Positions 37,344-45,645 of a stretch of 64,000 nucleotides of DNA are shown one piece after another. The stretch covers positions 10,950 through 74,949 of IMG/VR virus record IMGVR_UViG_3300045988_118866; one strand, written 5' to 3'. The notes beneath the pieces are model-generated. The model was not told where the DNA came from. It saw nothing but the letters and a program-made list of their open reading frames with translations, and did no database searches. Numbering within the stretch: the first letter of the stretch is position 1; every line of letters begins with the position of its first letter. Both the position numbers and the translations under genes were made by a program. The stretch is from a virus.

Positions 37344-38117
37344 AACATTATTTTATCACAGGTTAGCGACACTCACGGACGGACAGCCGAACGCTTAGAA
37401 ACTTTAAGATCTAAGCATCCCGATCTTAGGCCAGCGGAAACCGCATTAATTATTCTTGGTGATGCCGGATTTAATTTTTATCTTAATAAATCTGACTATA
37501 AGAATAAAAAGCAAGTAAATGATATGGGGTATATTGTTTATTGTCTTCGTGGAAATCATGAAGAGCGTCCTGAGAATATTTCTGGAATGACTATTATGGT
37601 AGATCATGATATCCATGGTGAAGTATATGTAGAATCCATGTTTAGCAATATCCGTTATCTTATGGATGGTAATGTTTATGATTTTGGCATTTTTACTACT
37701 CTTTGTATTGGTGGAGCTTATTCTGTTGATAAGTGGTATCGTCTTCAAAATTTTCGTCAATCTAATGGTTGGTGTGGATGGTTTGCGGAAGAGCAATTAT
37801 TTCCTGATGAAATGAATTACATTACTAAGAAAGTAAAAAATAATTACTTTGATTTTGTCCTTACTCATACTTGTCCTCGCTATTGGGAACCTACCGATCT
37901 TTTTATTAATGGGATCGACCAATCTGCTGTTGATAAATCTATGGAAGATTGGCTTGATAAATTAAAAGATCAAATTAATTTTACAGTTTGGTGTTTTGGC
38001 CATTATCATGCGGACCGCACTGAGGATGAAGGGGTAGAACAATATTTTTATGATATTGAAGAATTAACAAGTATTTGGGATAGAACTTTAGATCACATCC
38101 CTCGGAATTTAGAATAA
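37344..38117 (+). CDS. calcineurin-like metallophosphoesterase; start codon unclear
   Basis: Conserved motifs SDTHG (37386-37400), ILGDAGF and GNHE are in frame upstream of the first ATG at 37524. There is no in-frame ATG, GTG or TTG between the stops at 37338-37343 and 37524. Confidence 0.55.
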   Translation, partial: NIILSQVSDTHGRTAERLETLRSKHPDLRPAETALIILGDAGFNFYLNKSDYKNKKQVNDMGYIVYCLRGNHEERPENISGMTIMVDHDIHGEVYVESMFSNIRYLMDGNVYDFGIFTTLCIGGAYSVDKWYRLQNFRQSNGWCGWFAEEQLFPDEMNYITKKVKNNYFDFVLTHTCPRYWEPTDLFINGIDQSAVDKSMEDWLDKLKDQINFTVWCFGHYHADRTEDEGVEQYFYDIEELTSIWDRTLDHIPRNLE

Positions 38118-38134
38118 AATGTAGAAATGTAGAA

Positions 38135-38410
38135 ATGTGTTATTCAATTATATTATCAAAATCGGCTAAGAAGTTTTATGATAAAACCAATGAAAAAACT
38201 AAAAGAAATTTAGAAAGAACATTTTTAACCTTATCGCCAGAGGTAGATGAAAAGGTTAAAAATGTTGATAAAAAACGCGATCAATCAAATACTTATCGCA
38301 GACGATTAGGTCATTATCGAGTTGTTTATCAGAAACAAGGAGATATTCTTTTAATAACTCATTTGGATACAAAAACTAATTTCAAGTATAAAAAAACTGG
38401 TTGTTTTTAA
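38135..38410 (+). CDS. hypothetical basic protein (91 aa)
   Basis: ORF only. Confidence 0.45.
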   Translation: MCYSIILSKSAKKFYDKTNEKTKRNLERTFLTLSPEVDEKVKNVDKKRDQSNTYRRRLGHYRVVYQKQGDILLITHLDTKTNFKYKKTGCF

Positions 38411-38415
38411 CTTTA

Positions 38416-38455
38416 TTGATTTTATATAAAAAATATAATATAATATTTATAGAAA
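38416..38455 (+). promoter_or_regulatory. conserved promoter (wHTH and RNA ligase operon)
   Basis: ttgattttatataaaaaatataatataat. Confidence 0.5.
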
Positions 38456-38477
38456 GTTAAGAAAGGAAGAAAAAATT

Positions 38478-38837
38478 ATGCCAGGAAGGTCTAGAACAAC
38501 TACTCGTCCAGAAGTTAATGCAGATTATAAGTTTAGAATTTTGGATGTGTTAAATAACACAGATGGTTCTATGACTCTCGATGAAATTCGTATGGGAGAT
38601 ATGATTTTGCGTCCATTGTCTAATCAGAAGATTAGCCGTTTGATTAGTGATCTTATTGATTTTGGTTTGGTCCAAAAGGGTAAATCTAAGAGTCTTGGTC
38701 GAATGATGTATAAAGCAACATCAAAAATGCGAGAACAGGGGTATGAAGTTGATGACCCCGTAGATTTTGAGTATGGTTATGCTACTCATAATTGGGAATT
38801 AGAGGAAGAGAAAAGAATTAGAGAAAGGATTGATTAA
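38478..38837 (+). CDS. winged-helix DNA-binding protein (119 aa)
   Basis: Promoter box plus RBS AAGAAAGGAAG. Motif DEIRMGDMILRPLSNQKISRLISDLIDFGLV. Confidence 0.55.
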   Translation: MPGRSRTTTRPEVNADYKFRILDVLNNTDGSMTLDEIRMGDMILRPLSNQKISRLISDLIDFGLVQKGKSKSLGRMMYKATSKMREQGYEVDDPVDFEYGYATHNWELEEEKRIRERID

Positions 38838-38839
38838 TT

Positions 38840-40216
38840 ATGTCTTATAATGCATATGTTTGTAAAATCAAGAATTTGCGGAAGCACCCGAATGCCGATC
38901 GGTTGATGCTCGGTGAATGTTTCGGTAATACTGTGTGTGTTGATACTTCTTATGAAGTTGACGAACTTGGTATTTATTTCCCTACTGACGGGCAGGTAAG
39001 TCCTGAATTTGCTGAAAATAATAACCTTTTGCGCAAGAAAGATGAAAATGGTAAGAGCATTGGTGGTTATATGGACCCCATGAAGCGCAATATTACCACT
39101 ATTCGTTTGCGCGGAGAGAAGAGCGATGGTCTTTTCCTCCATCTTAATTGCGTTTCTTATACTGGGGTTCTTCTTAGCGAGCTGACCGAGGGTTTCGCTT
39201 TCACTACTCTGAATGGACATGAGATTTGTAAGAAGTATATTCCTATGCGTCAGAATCGTCAGGGTCATGTAAGTGAGGGAAATCATGTCCGTAAAAAGAA
39301 AGCTCCTATTGCTCCTCTGTTTATCGAGCATGCTGATACGGAGCAGTTGGCTTATAATCTTGATGCTTTTAAGCCGAATGACCTTATCGAAATTACTTTG
39401 AAGATGCATGGCACTTCTCAGCGCACAGGTTATCTTCCTATGTTTAAGGGTTATAAGAAGACTCTTTTGGATAGAATTATGCGCCGTGATGGCACTCCTA
39501 TTTATGAATATGGATATGTATCTGGTACTCGTCGCACTGTGCTAAATGACTGGGAGGGTGGCTTCTATGGTTCTAATATGTTCCGTAAGAAGCACGCAGA
39601 TTTCTTTGAGGGTAAGCTCCATAAGGGTGAGGAAGTCTATTATGAGGTTGTTGGTTTTACCGATGAGGGTATGCCTATTATGTCTTCTGCTTCTAATAGA
39701 AAGCTGAATGATAAGGATTTTCTTAAGAAGTATGGTGAAACTACTACCTTCTCTTATGGTTGCTCTTGCACTGGTTATTATACCTATGGTGATGGTAGCT
39801 ATGATATCCTCCCCAAATCTGACTTCTATGTTTATCGCATGACTATGACTAATGAAGATGGGGATGTTGTTGAATATACTCCTGATTTCATGCGCTATCG
39901 TTGTGAGCAGATGGGTTGTAAGTGTGTTCCTGTTCTGTGGAGAGGTTTTCTTGATGACACTACTGATTGGAATGATGCAGGTATGACTGCTGGCGAGCAG
40001 GTTAAAGAAATCGCTGAGCGATATTATGATGGTCCTGATCCGATCGGTAAGACTCATGTCCGTGAGGGTGTTGTAATTCGTATTCTTAATCGTCCGAAAT
40101 TCTGTGCTTATAAGCATAAGAATTTTGCCTTTAAGTGTCTTGAAGGCTTGGTAAAAGCAGAAGAGACCGCGCCCGATATGGAAGAGGCCGAAGAGGTACA
40201 AAATGACGAAACTTGA
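38840..40216 (+). CDS. RNA ligase (Rnl2/Rnl5-like, motif I KxHG) fused to N-terminal tRNA-binding (Myf/EMAP/CsaA-like) domain
   Basis: N-terminus KNLRKHPNADRLMLGECFGNTVCVD matches the hPnADkL OB-fold tRNA-binding signature. Motif I ITLKMHGTSQR, motif IV REGVVIRIL, motif V YKHKNF. Codon usage suggests high expression. Confidence 0.75.
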   Translation: MSYNAYVCKIKNLRKHPNADRLMLGECFGNTVCVDTSYEVDELGIYFPTDGQVSPEFAENNNLLRKKDENGKSIGGYMDPMKRNITTIRLRGEKSDGLFLHLNCVSYTGVLLSELTEGFAFTTLNGHEICKKYIPMRQNRQGHVSEGNHVRKKKAPIAPLFIEHADTEQLAYNLDAFKPNDLIEITLKMHGTSQRTGYLPMFKGYKKTLLDRIMRRDGTPIYEYGYVSGTRRTVLNDWEGGFYGSNMFRKKHADFFEGKLHKGEEVYYEVVGFTDEGMPIMSSASNRKLNDKDFLKKYGETTTFSYGCSCTGYYTYGDGSYDILPKSDFYVYRMTMTNEDGDVVEYTPDFMRYRCEQMGCKCVPVLWRGFLDDTTDWNDAGMTAGEQVKEIAERYYDGPDPIGKTHVREGVVIRILNRPKFCAYKHKNFAFKCLEGLVKAEETAPDMEEAEEVQNDET

Positions 40217-40394
40217 TGAATTGATGGAACACTTATCGTTAGACGCAGAGTGGGCTTCCGCTAATGAGTGGGAAGCCCCTATCTGCCTTTATGACGATAT
40301 TCTTGATGCTCTTACTATTTTAAGAGTTATAACGATTCTTAAAAGAATCGGAACATTAGACCAAATTGAATATGTCTTGGAGGATTACCTATGA
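40203..40394 (+). CDS. hypothetical protein (63 aa)
   Basis: ORF overlapping the ligase stop. Confidence 0.4.
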   Translation: MTKLDELMEHLSLDAEWASANEWEAPICLYDDILDALTILRVITILKRIGTLDQIEYVLEDYL

Positions 40395-40789
40395 CTGATG
40401 AAGCTGTAAGTCAAGCTAAAACTGATACATATGAAATTAGAGAACGAATTCCTGTTGCTCTTTGGGATAAAGTAAGTGAAGATTTAACACGAGATCAATG
40501 TTATTCTTATTGGCAGTATTGTCTTGAGTGCGTTCAACAGATGGCTGACGCTTGGGAAGAAGTTAATGGTGAAAATCTTATTTGGGTTCCAGGCCATTAT
40601 GAAAAGAAAGAAAAATCCAAAAGCAAAGATGTTCCAATTACTGAAGTAGTTAAGAAATGTGAGTGTTATCATTTAAGAGATGATAAAACCGCAGAATGTT
40701 GGGGCACTAAGGAACGTGAAATTTGTTCTTGTGGTGGCGATTCAAGATTTTGTAATTTTTATCATAACGGAGATAGGATTAGTGGTTAA
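40391..40789 (+). CDS. hypothetical Cys-rich protein (132 aa)
   Basis: ORF only. Confidence 0.5.
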   Translation: MTDEAVSQAKTDTYEIRERIPVALWDKVSEDLTRDQCYSYWQYCLECVQQMADAWEEVNGENLIWVPGHYEKKEKSKSKDVPITEVVKKCECYHLRDDKTAECWGTKEREICSCGGDSRFCNFYHNGDRISG

Positions 40790-41279
40790 ACAAATTACTT
40801 ATTATAAAAATAAAAGTCTATTAGACTTACCTCCTAAAATTGTAATTTGTCATCAGGTAAATTGCCAAGGCGTTATGGGCGCGGGTCTTGCCAAACAAAT
40901 CCGTGCTCGTTGGCCTGAAGTATATGAGGATTATAAAAAGACCATTGAAAATGCAGAAGCACAAGTCGCTCATTTAGAAAATCCACCTGATGACATTTTA
41001 CTTGGCACGGTTGCGTGCACTACCACAGTAGACGGTCATAGAGTAGCAAGTTTATTCGCTCAATATGACTGTGGATATGGATCACGCCGATATACTAATT
41101 ATGAGGCATTTGCTAATTGCTTAGAAAATCTAAATACATTAGTTCCTACCTATATCCCAATTGCTTTTCCTTATAAAATTGGGTGTGGTCTTGATGGAGG
41201 AGACTGGGATATTATTCAATTAATGATTAGAAAAATTCTCCATCACGAAGATGTTTATATCTGTCAGTTGGAGGATTGA
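40782..41279 (+). CDS. macro-domain (ADP-ribose binding/processing) protein; GTG start inferred
   Basis: KIVICHQVNCQGVMGAGLAKQI is the macro-domain N-terminal signature. The ORF track starts at 40680 inside the upstream gene. Confidence 0.6.
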   Translation: MVKQITYYKNKSLLDLPPKIVICHQVNCQGVMGAGLAKQIRARWPEVYEDYKKTIENAEAQVAHLENPPDDILLGTVACTTTVDGHRVASLFAQYDCGYGSRRYTNYEAFANCLENLNTLVPTYIPIAFPYKIGCGLDGGDWDIIQLMIRKILHHEDVYICQLED

Positions 41280-41280
41280 A

Positions 41281-41787
41281 ATGAGCGTTGTCGCTGCTAA
41301 AGTTTATGATGATAGAATTGTAATGAGTGCTGATAGTATTCTTACTAATGGCTATGAGAAGGAGCCTAATGTTAATTTTGCTAAGATTGCTAAGATTAAC
41401 GATATGATTCTTGGTGGAGTTGGTTATGGTGATGAACAAAGTCTAATGTGGCTTTATATGGAAAATCATCAACCAGTTGAAGCTAATGAACGAGAAATTC
41501 TTAATTACATTATTGAATTTTCAAAATGGAAAAATACTCTTATCGGTGATGGATTTCTAAAAAATGAATTTCTTATTGCTTATAAAGGACATCTTTTTCA
41601 CATTTGTAAGTTTATGGTAAGAGAGATCAAAGATTATTTTGCTATTGGAGCGGGCGCTCCTTATGCAACAACTGCACTATATTTAAAACATGATCCAGAA
41701 GAAGCGGTAAAAGTTGCGTGTGATATTTGTTGCTTTGTAAGTGAGCCAATTAAGACTTTCATTCAAGAAAAAGGAGATAAGGAGTAA
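41281..41787 (+). CDS. HslV/proteasome-beta-like Ntn-hydrolase family protein
   Basis: MSVVAAKVYDDRIVMSADS..., AIGAGAPYATTAL and VKVACDICCFVSE parallel the HslV motifs AIGSGGPYA and ALDIAGDICIYTN. Confidence 0.55.
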   Translation: MSVVAAKVYDDRIVMSADSILTNGYEKEPNVNFAKIAKINDMILGGVGYGDEQSLMWLYMENHQPVEANEREILNYIIEFSKWKNTLIGDGFLKNEFLIAYKGHLFHICKFMVREIKDYFAIGAGAPYATTALYLKHDPEEAVKVACDICCFVSEPIKTFIQEKGDKE

Positions 41788-41801
41788 TTCTTATCTCCTT
41801 T

Positions 41802-41843
41802 TTGATTTTTTTAAAAAATTATTATATAATATTTATATAAAAA
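41802..41843 (+). promoter_or_regulatory. conserved promoter
   Basis: ttgatttttttaaaaaattattatataat. Confidence 0.5.
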
Positions 41844-41859
41844 GAAAGGTGATATTATT

Positions 41860-42087
41860 ATGAATTATATCGTTTCTAAAGAAAGACTTCTTGAACTTCT
41901 TAAAGCTGAAAATGAACTTAATGTTCTTGAAGGGGACGGCGTTGATAACTGGACATGGTATATGGAAGGCCGAAGACAATATCTTAAAGAAGGCGCTGAA
42001 ATGTATGGTGTCAATATTGATGACAATGAAGATTTTGATTTTGAAGATTTAGCCGAATTAGATCTTCAGAACTTTGAGGAAATTTAA
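41860..42087 (+). CDS. hypothetical acidic protein (75 aa)
   Basis: Promoter plus RBS AAAGGTG. Confidence 0.5.
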   Translation: MNYIVSKERLLELLKAENELNVLEGDGVDNWTWYMEGRRQYLKEGAEMYGVNIDDNEDFDFEDLAELDLQNFEEI

Positions 42088-42531
42088 ATGATTGATAAAT
42101 TTGAAGGAGATTTTGCTTTTTTAAGCAACTTTTTTTATTCTCCAATTACAATAGAAGGAAAAAGATATCTTACGGTAGAAAACTATTTTCAGGCAATGAA
42201 AGCAGCGAACCCCGGAGATGCAGAAGAAATTAGATTGGCTCCCACTCCTGGCAAATCCAAGAGGTTAGGAAGACATTGTGTAATTCGTAAAGACTGGGAA
42301 GACATTAAAGAAGATGTTATGTATAAAGGTGTAAAAGCTAAATTTACACAAAACCCAACTTTGCGGACTGCCCTTGAAAAAACCGGAGAAGTCTGGCTTG
42401 AAGAAGGAAATACTTGGTGCGATAATACATGGGGTGTATGTCATTGTATTCGATGCCAAGACACTATGGCACATAATAAACTTGGAAAAATTCTAATGCG
42501 AGTAAGAAAAGAATTAAAAGAGGGAAATTAA
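42088..42531 (+). CDS. NADAR (YbiA-like, DUF1768) domain protein
   Basis: FLSNFFYSPITIEGKRYLTVENYFQAMK signature. Confidence 0.65.
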   Translation: MIDKFEGDFAFLSNFFYSPITIEGKRYLTVENYFQAMKAANPGDAEEIRLAPTPGKSKRLGRHCVIRKDWEDIKEDVMYKGVKAKFTQNPTLRTALEKTGEVWLEEGNTWCDNTWGVCHCIRCQDTMAHNKLGKILMRVRKELKEGN

Positions 42532-42729
42532 ATGTATTATTTGTTTTTAGCTTTGTTTTGGGCTTGTTTTGCCATTTGGTGTTTTTGCTTTATCCAGTGG
42601 ATTCAATGTACTTTTATTAAAAAGTATAAAGACACTGACAAAATGCTATATTGGAATATTTGGATTTTAGCAAGTTGTTTGGGAGTAAATATTTGTAATT
42701 TATTTATGAAACTTACAAGAGTGGGATAA
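42532..42729 (+). CDS. small membrane protein (65 aa)
   Basis: Hydrophobic, W/C-rich. A terminator follows. Confidence 0.45.
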   Translation: MYYLFLALFWACFAIWCFCFIQWIQCTFIKKYKDTDKMLYWNIWILASCLGVNICNLFMKLTRVG

Positions 42730-42739
42730 TTTCTCACTC

Positions 42740-42778
42740 TTGATTTTTTTATAAAAATATATTATAATATATATATAA
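42740..42778 (+). promoter_or_regulatory. conserved promoter (phosphatase operon)
   Basis: ttgatttttttataaaaatatattataat. Confidence 0.5.
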
Positions 42779-42800
42779 ATTAAGAAAGGATTGATATTTT

Positions 42801-43520
42801 ATGAATAAAACATACGCGGTGAGTGATATTCATGGTATGAAACCTCTTTGGGACCAAATTATGAAATACCTCGACCCAAGTGATACTCTTTATTGTCTGG
42901 GTGATTGTGCGGACCGCGGAAATGATGGCTGGGAAATCATTAAAGATGCTATCGCCGATAAAAGAGTTATTTATCTTAAAGGTAATCATGAAGATATGTT
43001 ATTTGAAGCTATGAAAGATTATCTTAAAGATGAAAATTTTAGTCATGCTTATGCTCTTCTTTGTAATAACAGTGGAGCAAAAACTTTTGAAGATTGGCAA
43101 ATTGGAGAACATGCTAATCTTGGATGGTATCAAGAACTCGCTAAACTTCCTCTTCGAGAAAACTATATGAATAAGAATAATCAAATTATTCTTCTTTCTC
43201 ATGCTGGATTCACTTTTGGAGATATGCCTAATCGTTATGATTTGATTTGGAGTCGAAATCATTTTTATGACCCGTGGCCTGAAGATAAAACTGCGGACCG
43301 CAGTTTTTGTATTCATGGCCATACGCCTTTTCTGCTAATGCCTAACTATGATCCTTATATTGCAGTAGGTAAAAGCTATAAAGATTTTGATTTGGAAAAT
43401 ATGAATCATTTTTGGTATTGTGATGGACATAAGTGCGATATTGATAATGGTTCTTTTGCTACTGGAAAAACTTGTCTCATTGACCTTGACACATTTGAGA
43501 CTATTGAATTTACTATGTAA
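42801..43520 (+). CDS. Ser/Thr-phosphatase-like metallophosphoesterase (lambda-PPase/ApaH family)
   Basis: SDIHG, GDCADRG, GNHE. Confidence 0.7.
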   Translation: MNKTYAVSDIHGMKPLWDQIMKYLDPSDTLYCLGDCADRGNDGWEIIKDAIADKRVIYLKGNHEDMLFEAMKDYLKDENFSHAYALLCNNSGAKTFEDWQIGEHANLGWYQELAKLPLRENYMNKNNQIILLSHAGFTFGDMPNRYDLIWSRNHFYDPWPEDKTADRSFCIHGHTPFLLMPNYDPYIAVGKSYKDFDLENMNHFWYCDGHKCDIDNGSFATGKTCLIDLDTFETIEFTM

Positions 43521-43531
43521 GGAGAAAAACA

Positions 43532-43810
43532 ATGGTTAGAGGTATGAAATATCATATTTATGAAACAAAAGAGGGTGTTAATCCACTCTGTTGGGATGAT
43601 AAAGCTCTTGAATTTGACACTATTGAATCTGCTTGTAGATTTTTATGTGATCTTTTTGAAATTGTAAAAGATACTGGTGAAGCAGAAATTTATGAAAATG
43701 CTACTGTTAAACATGATATACTTTATTATGATGGTGGCTATCTTGATGCTACAAATTTAACTATTGAGTATGACGCTGAGGAATGTGAAAATCGTTTAAA
43801 GGAAGTATAA
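43532..43810 (+). CDS. hypothetical protein (92 aa)
   Basis: RBS AAGGAGAAAAACA. Confidence 0.5.
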   Translation: MVRGMKYHIYETKEGVNPLCWDDKALEFDTIESACRFLCDLFEIVKDTGEAEIYENATVKHDILYYDGGYLDATNLTIEYDAEECENRLKEV

Positions 43811-43818
43811 ATTCTTTA

Positions 43819-43857
43819 TTGATTTTTATAAAAAAATATAATATAATATTTATAGAA
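43819..43857 (+). promoter_or_regulatory. conserved promoter
   Basis: ttgatttttataaaaaaatataatataat. Confidence 0.5.
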
Positions 43858-43881
43858 AGTTAAGAAAGGAATTGATAAAAA

Positions 43882-44073
43882 ATGGACGATTATGATGATA
43901 TTTCTATGGCAATCGCGGGTGTAGCTCTTATGTTTATTGAAGTAGCTATTATGCTATTTATTTGGAATACCGCTCTTATTCCTTGGTTTTGCTTTCCAAG
44001 CATTACTTATTGGCAGATGTTTGTCATTAAGATTTTTATTAATATCGCGGTTCCTTCTCGCTCAAAGGAGTAA
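43882..44073 (+). CDS. small membrane protein (63 aa)
   Basis: Promoter box. Two hydrophobic helices. Confidence 0.45.
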   Translation: MDDYDDISMAIAGVALMFIEVAIMLFIWNTALIPWFCFPSITYWQMFVIKIFINIAVPSRSKE

Positions 44074-44078
44074 TTCAA

Positions 44079-44354
44079 ATGGCATCTTATGAAAACCATG
44101 ATTTTTATTGTATGAATTGTGGACGAAAAGGAATTCCTTTATCTCGTCGAGTAAGTCTTCAACATGGTAAATTTCATCGTAAAAAGTTATATTGTATTTA
44201 TTGCAAAGAAGAAGTAAATCATATCGAATGTAGAACTCCAGAAGAAGTAAAAGAGTTTAAAGAAAATTTTGAGAATGGGGTGTATAAAGATGAAGCAAAA
44301 GAATCTTTGGATTATGTCCGGGGTGCCAGCATCGGGCAAAAGCACGTTCCTTAA
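44079..44354 (+). CDS. zinc-ribbon protein (91 aa); 3' end overlaps kinase gene
   Basis: CMNCGRK...CIYCKEE. The overlap makes its true stop uncertain. Confidence 0.4.
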   Translation: MASYENHDFYCMNCGRKGIPLSRRVSLQHGKFHRKKLYCIYCKEEVNHIECRTPEEVKEFKENFENGVYKDEAKESLDYVRGASIGQKHVP

Positions 44355-44799
44355 AAATCGTTGGCCTCAATGCGGTTGTGTTGTTTCTCGTGATGCTCTT
44401 CGTTTTCAAATGTTAAATGATGATGAAAGCTATTTCGCCAAAGAAGAAAGTGTATGGCATGCTTTTGTTAAAGCAATCACTCTTTCTTTAAAAGACTATG
44501 ATGATGTGTATGCGGATGCTACGCATCTTGGACCCGGCTCCCGCAAGAAACTTCTTAAAGCAATTAACGCAAAAGGATATGCAAATCTTAATGTGAATGT
44601 TATTTATTTTAATGTTCCTGTTGAAGTTTGCATTGAGCGCAATAAACAGCGTGATGGTCGAGCGCAAGTTCCAGAAGAAGTAATTCGGAATATGGCAAAT
44701 TCTTTTACTCCTCCCACTTTTAAAGAATATATTAAATATAACCTTATCCAAGAGGTTAATGAAAAAGGAGAAGTGATTCATACATGGCAATCTTTTTAA
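44290..44799 (+). CDS. P-loop polynucleotide-kinase-like protein (5'-OH kinase candidate)
   Basis: MKQKNLWIMSGVPASGKST Walker A. The track starts 7 codons earlier. Confidence 0.6.
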   Translation: MKQKNLWIMSGVPASGKSTFLKNRWPQCGCVVSRDALRFQMLNDDESYFAKEESVWHAFVKAITLSLKDYDDVYADATHLGPGSRKKLLKAINAKGYANLNVNVIYFNVPVEVCIERNKQRDGRAQVPEEVIRNMANSFTPPTFKEYIKYNLIQEVNEKGEVIHTWQSF

Positions 44800-45344
44800 C
44801 CAGTGATATGCACTTTGGACATGATCGAGAATTTATTTGGAAAGCTCGTGGTTATTCTTCAATTAAAGAAATGAATGAAGAATATGTCGAGAAATGGAAT
44901 AGCATCATTTCTGATGAAGATGACGTTTATATTCTTGGTGATCTAATGCTTGGAGAACCTTCTAATATTGAATATATTAAACGTCTTAAGGGTAAATTCC
45001 ATATTGTATTTGGCAACCATGATACAGCAACTCGGCAGAAGCTTTATGCGGATTTGCCTAATGTTGTTGAAATGGATTGGGCGATTATGCTAAATTATCG
45101 TAAATACCATTTCTTTATGACCCATTTCCCTTGTATGACTGGCAATCTTGAAAGAGAAAATCTTCATCAAATGACTTTGAATCTTTACGGTCATACTCAT
45201 CAAACCACTAATTTCTTTGAAGATCGACCTTATATGTATCATGTAGGTGTTGATTCTCACCATGGCTATCCCATTAATCTTGATGTAATCATTGATGCTA
45301 TGAAAGCCAAAGTTGAGGAATGTAAATCATTTCTTGATGAATGA
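44784..45344 (+). CDS. calcineurin-like metallophosphoesterase (2',3'-phosphatase candidate)
   Basis: DMHFGH, GDLMLG, GNHD, GHTH. Confidence 0.65.
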   Translation: MAIFLTSDMHFGHDREFIWKARGYSSIKEMNEEYVEKWNSIISDEDDVYILGDLMLGEPSNIEYIKRLKGKFHIVFGNHDTATRQKLYADLPNVVEMDWAIMLNYRKYHFFMTHFPCMTGNLERENLHQMTLNLYGHTHQTTNFFEDRPYMYHVGVDSHHGYPINLDVIIDAMKAKVEECKSFLDE

Positions 45345-45355
45345 GGAAAAACTAA

Positions 45356-45619
45356 ATGGCCCTTTATGATTATAAAGGTAATGATTTAACAAAAAAACTC
45401 ATTACTGGAAAAATGTCCTATAAAGATTGGGAAAAACTAATAACAAGACAAATGGAAAAAGCAATTTACAAAGAAGTAAAAGAAAAATTGGAACAAGATC
45501 CATTAGGTGTAGAAATCTCTTTCTTATGGGATGAAGATGGAGAATTTGAACATAATGGATACTATAATTCGATTGATGATGCTATTGAAGCATTATTCAA
45601 ATATAAGTATAAAATTTAA
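45356..45619 (+). CDS. hypothetical protein (87 aa)
   Basis: ORF only. Confidence 0.45.
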   Translation: MALYDYKGNDLTKKLITGKMSYKDWEKLITRQMEKAIYKEVKEKLEQDPLGVEISFLWDEDGEFEHNGYYNSIDDAIEALFKYKYKI

Positions 45620-45645
45620 AATTAAATAAATAAGGAGAATTATTT

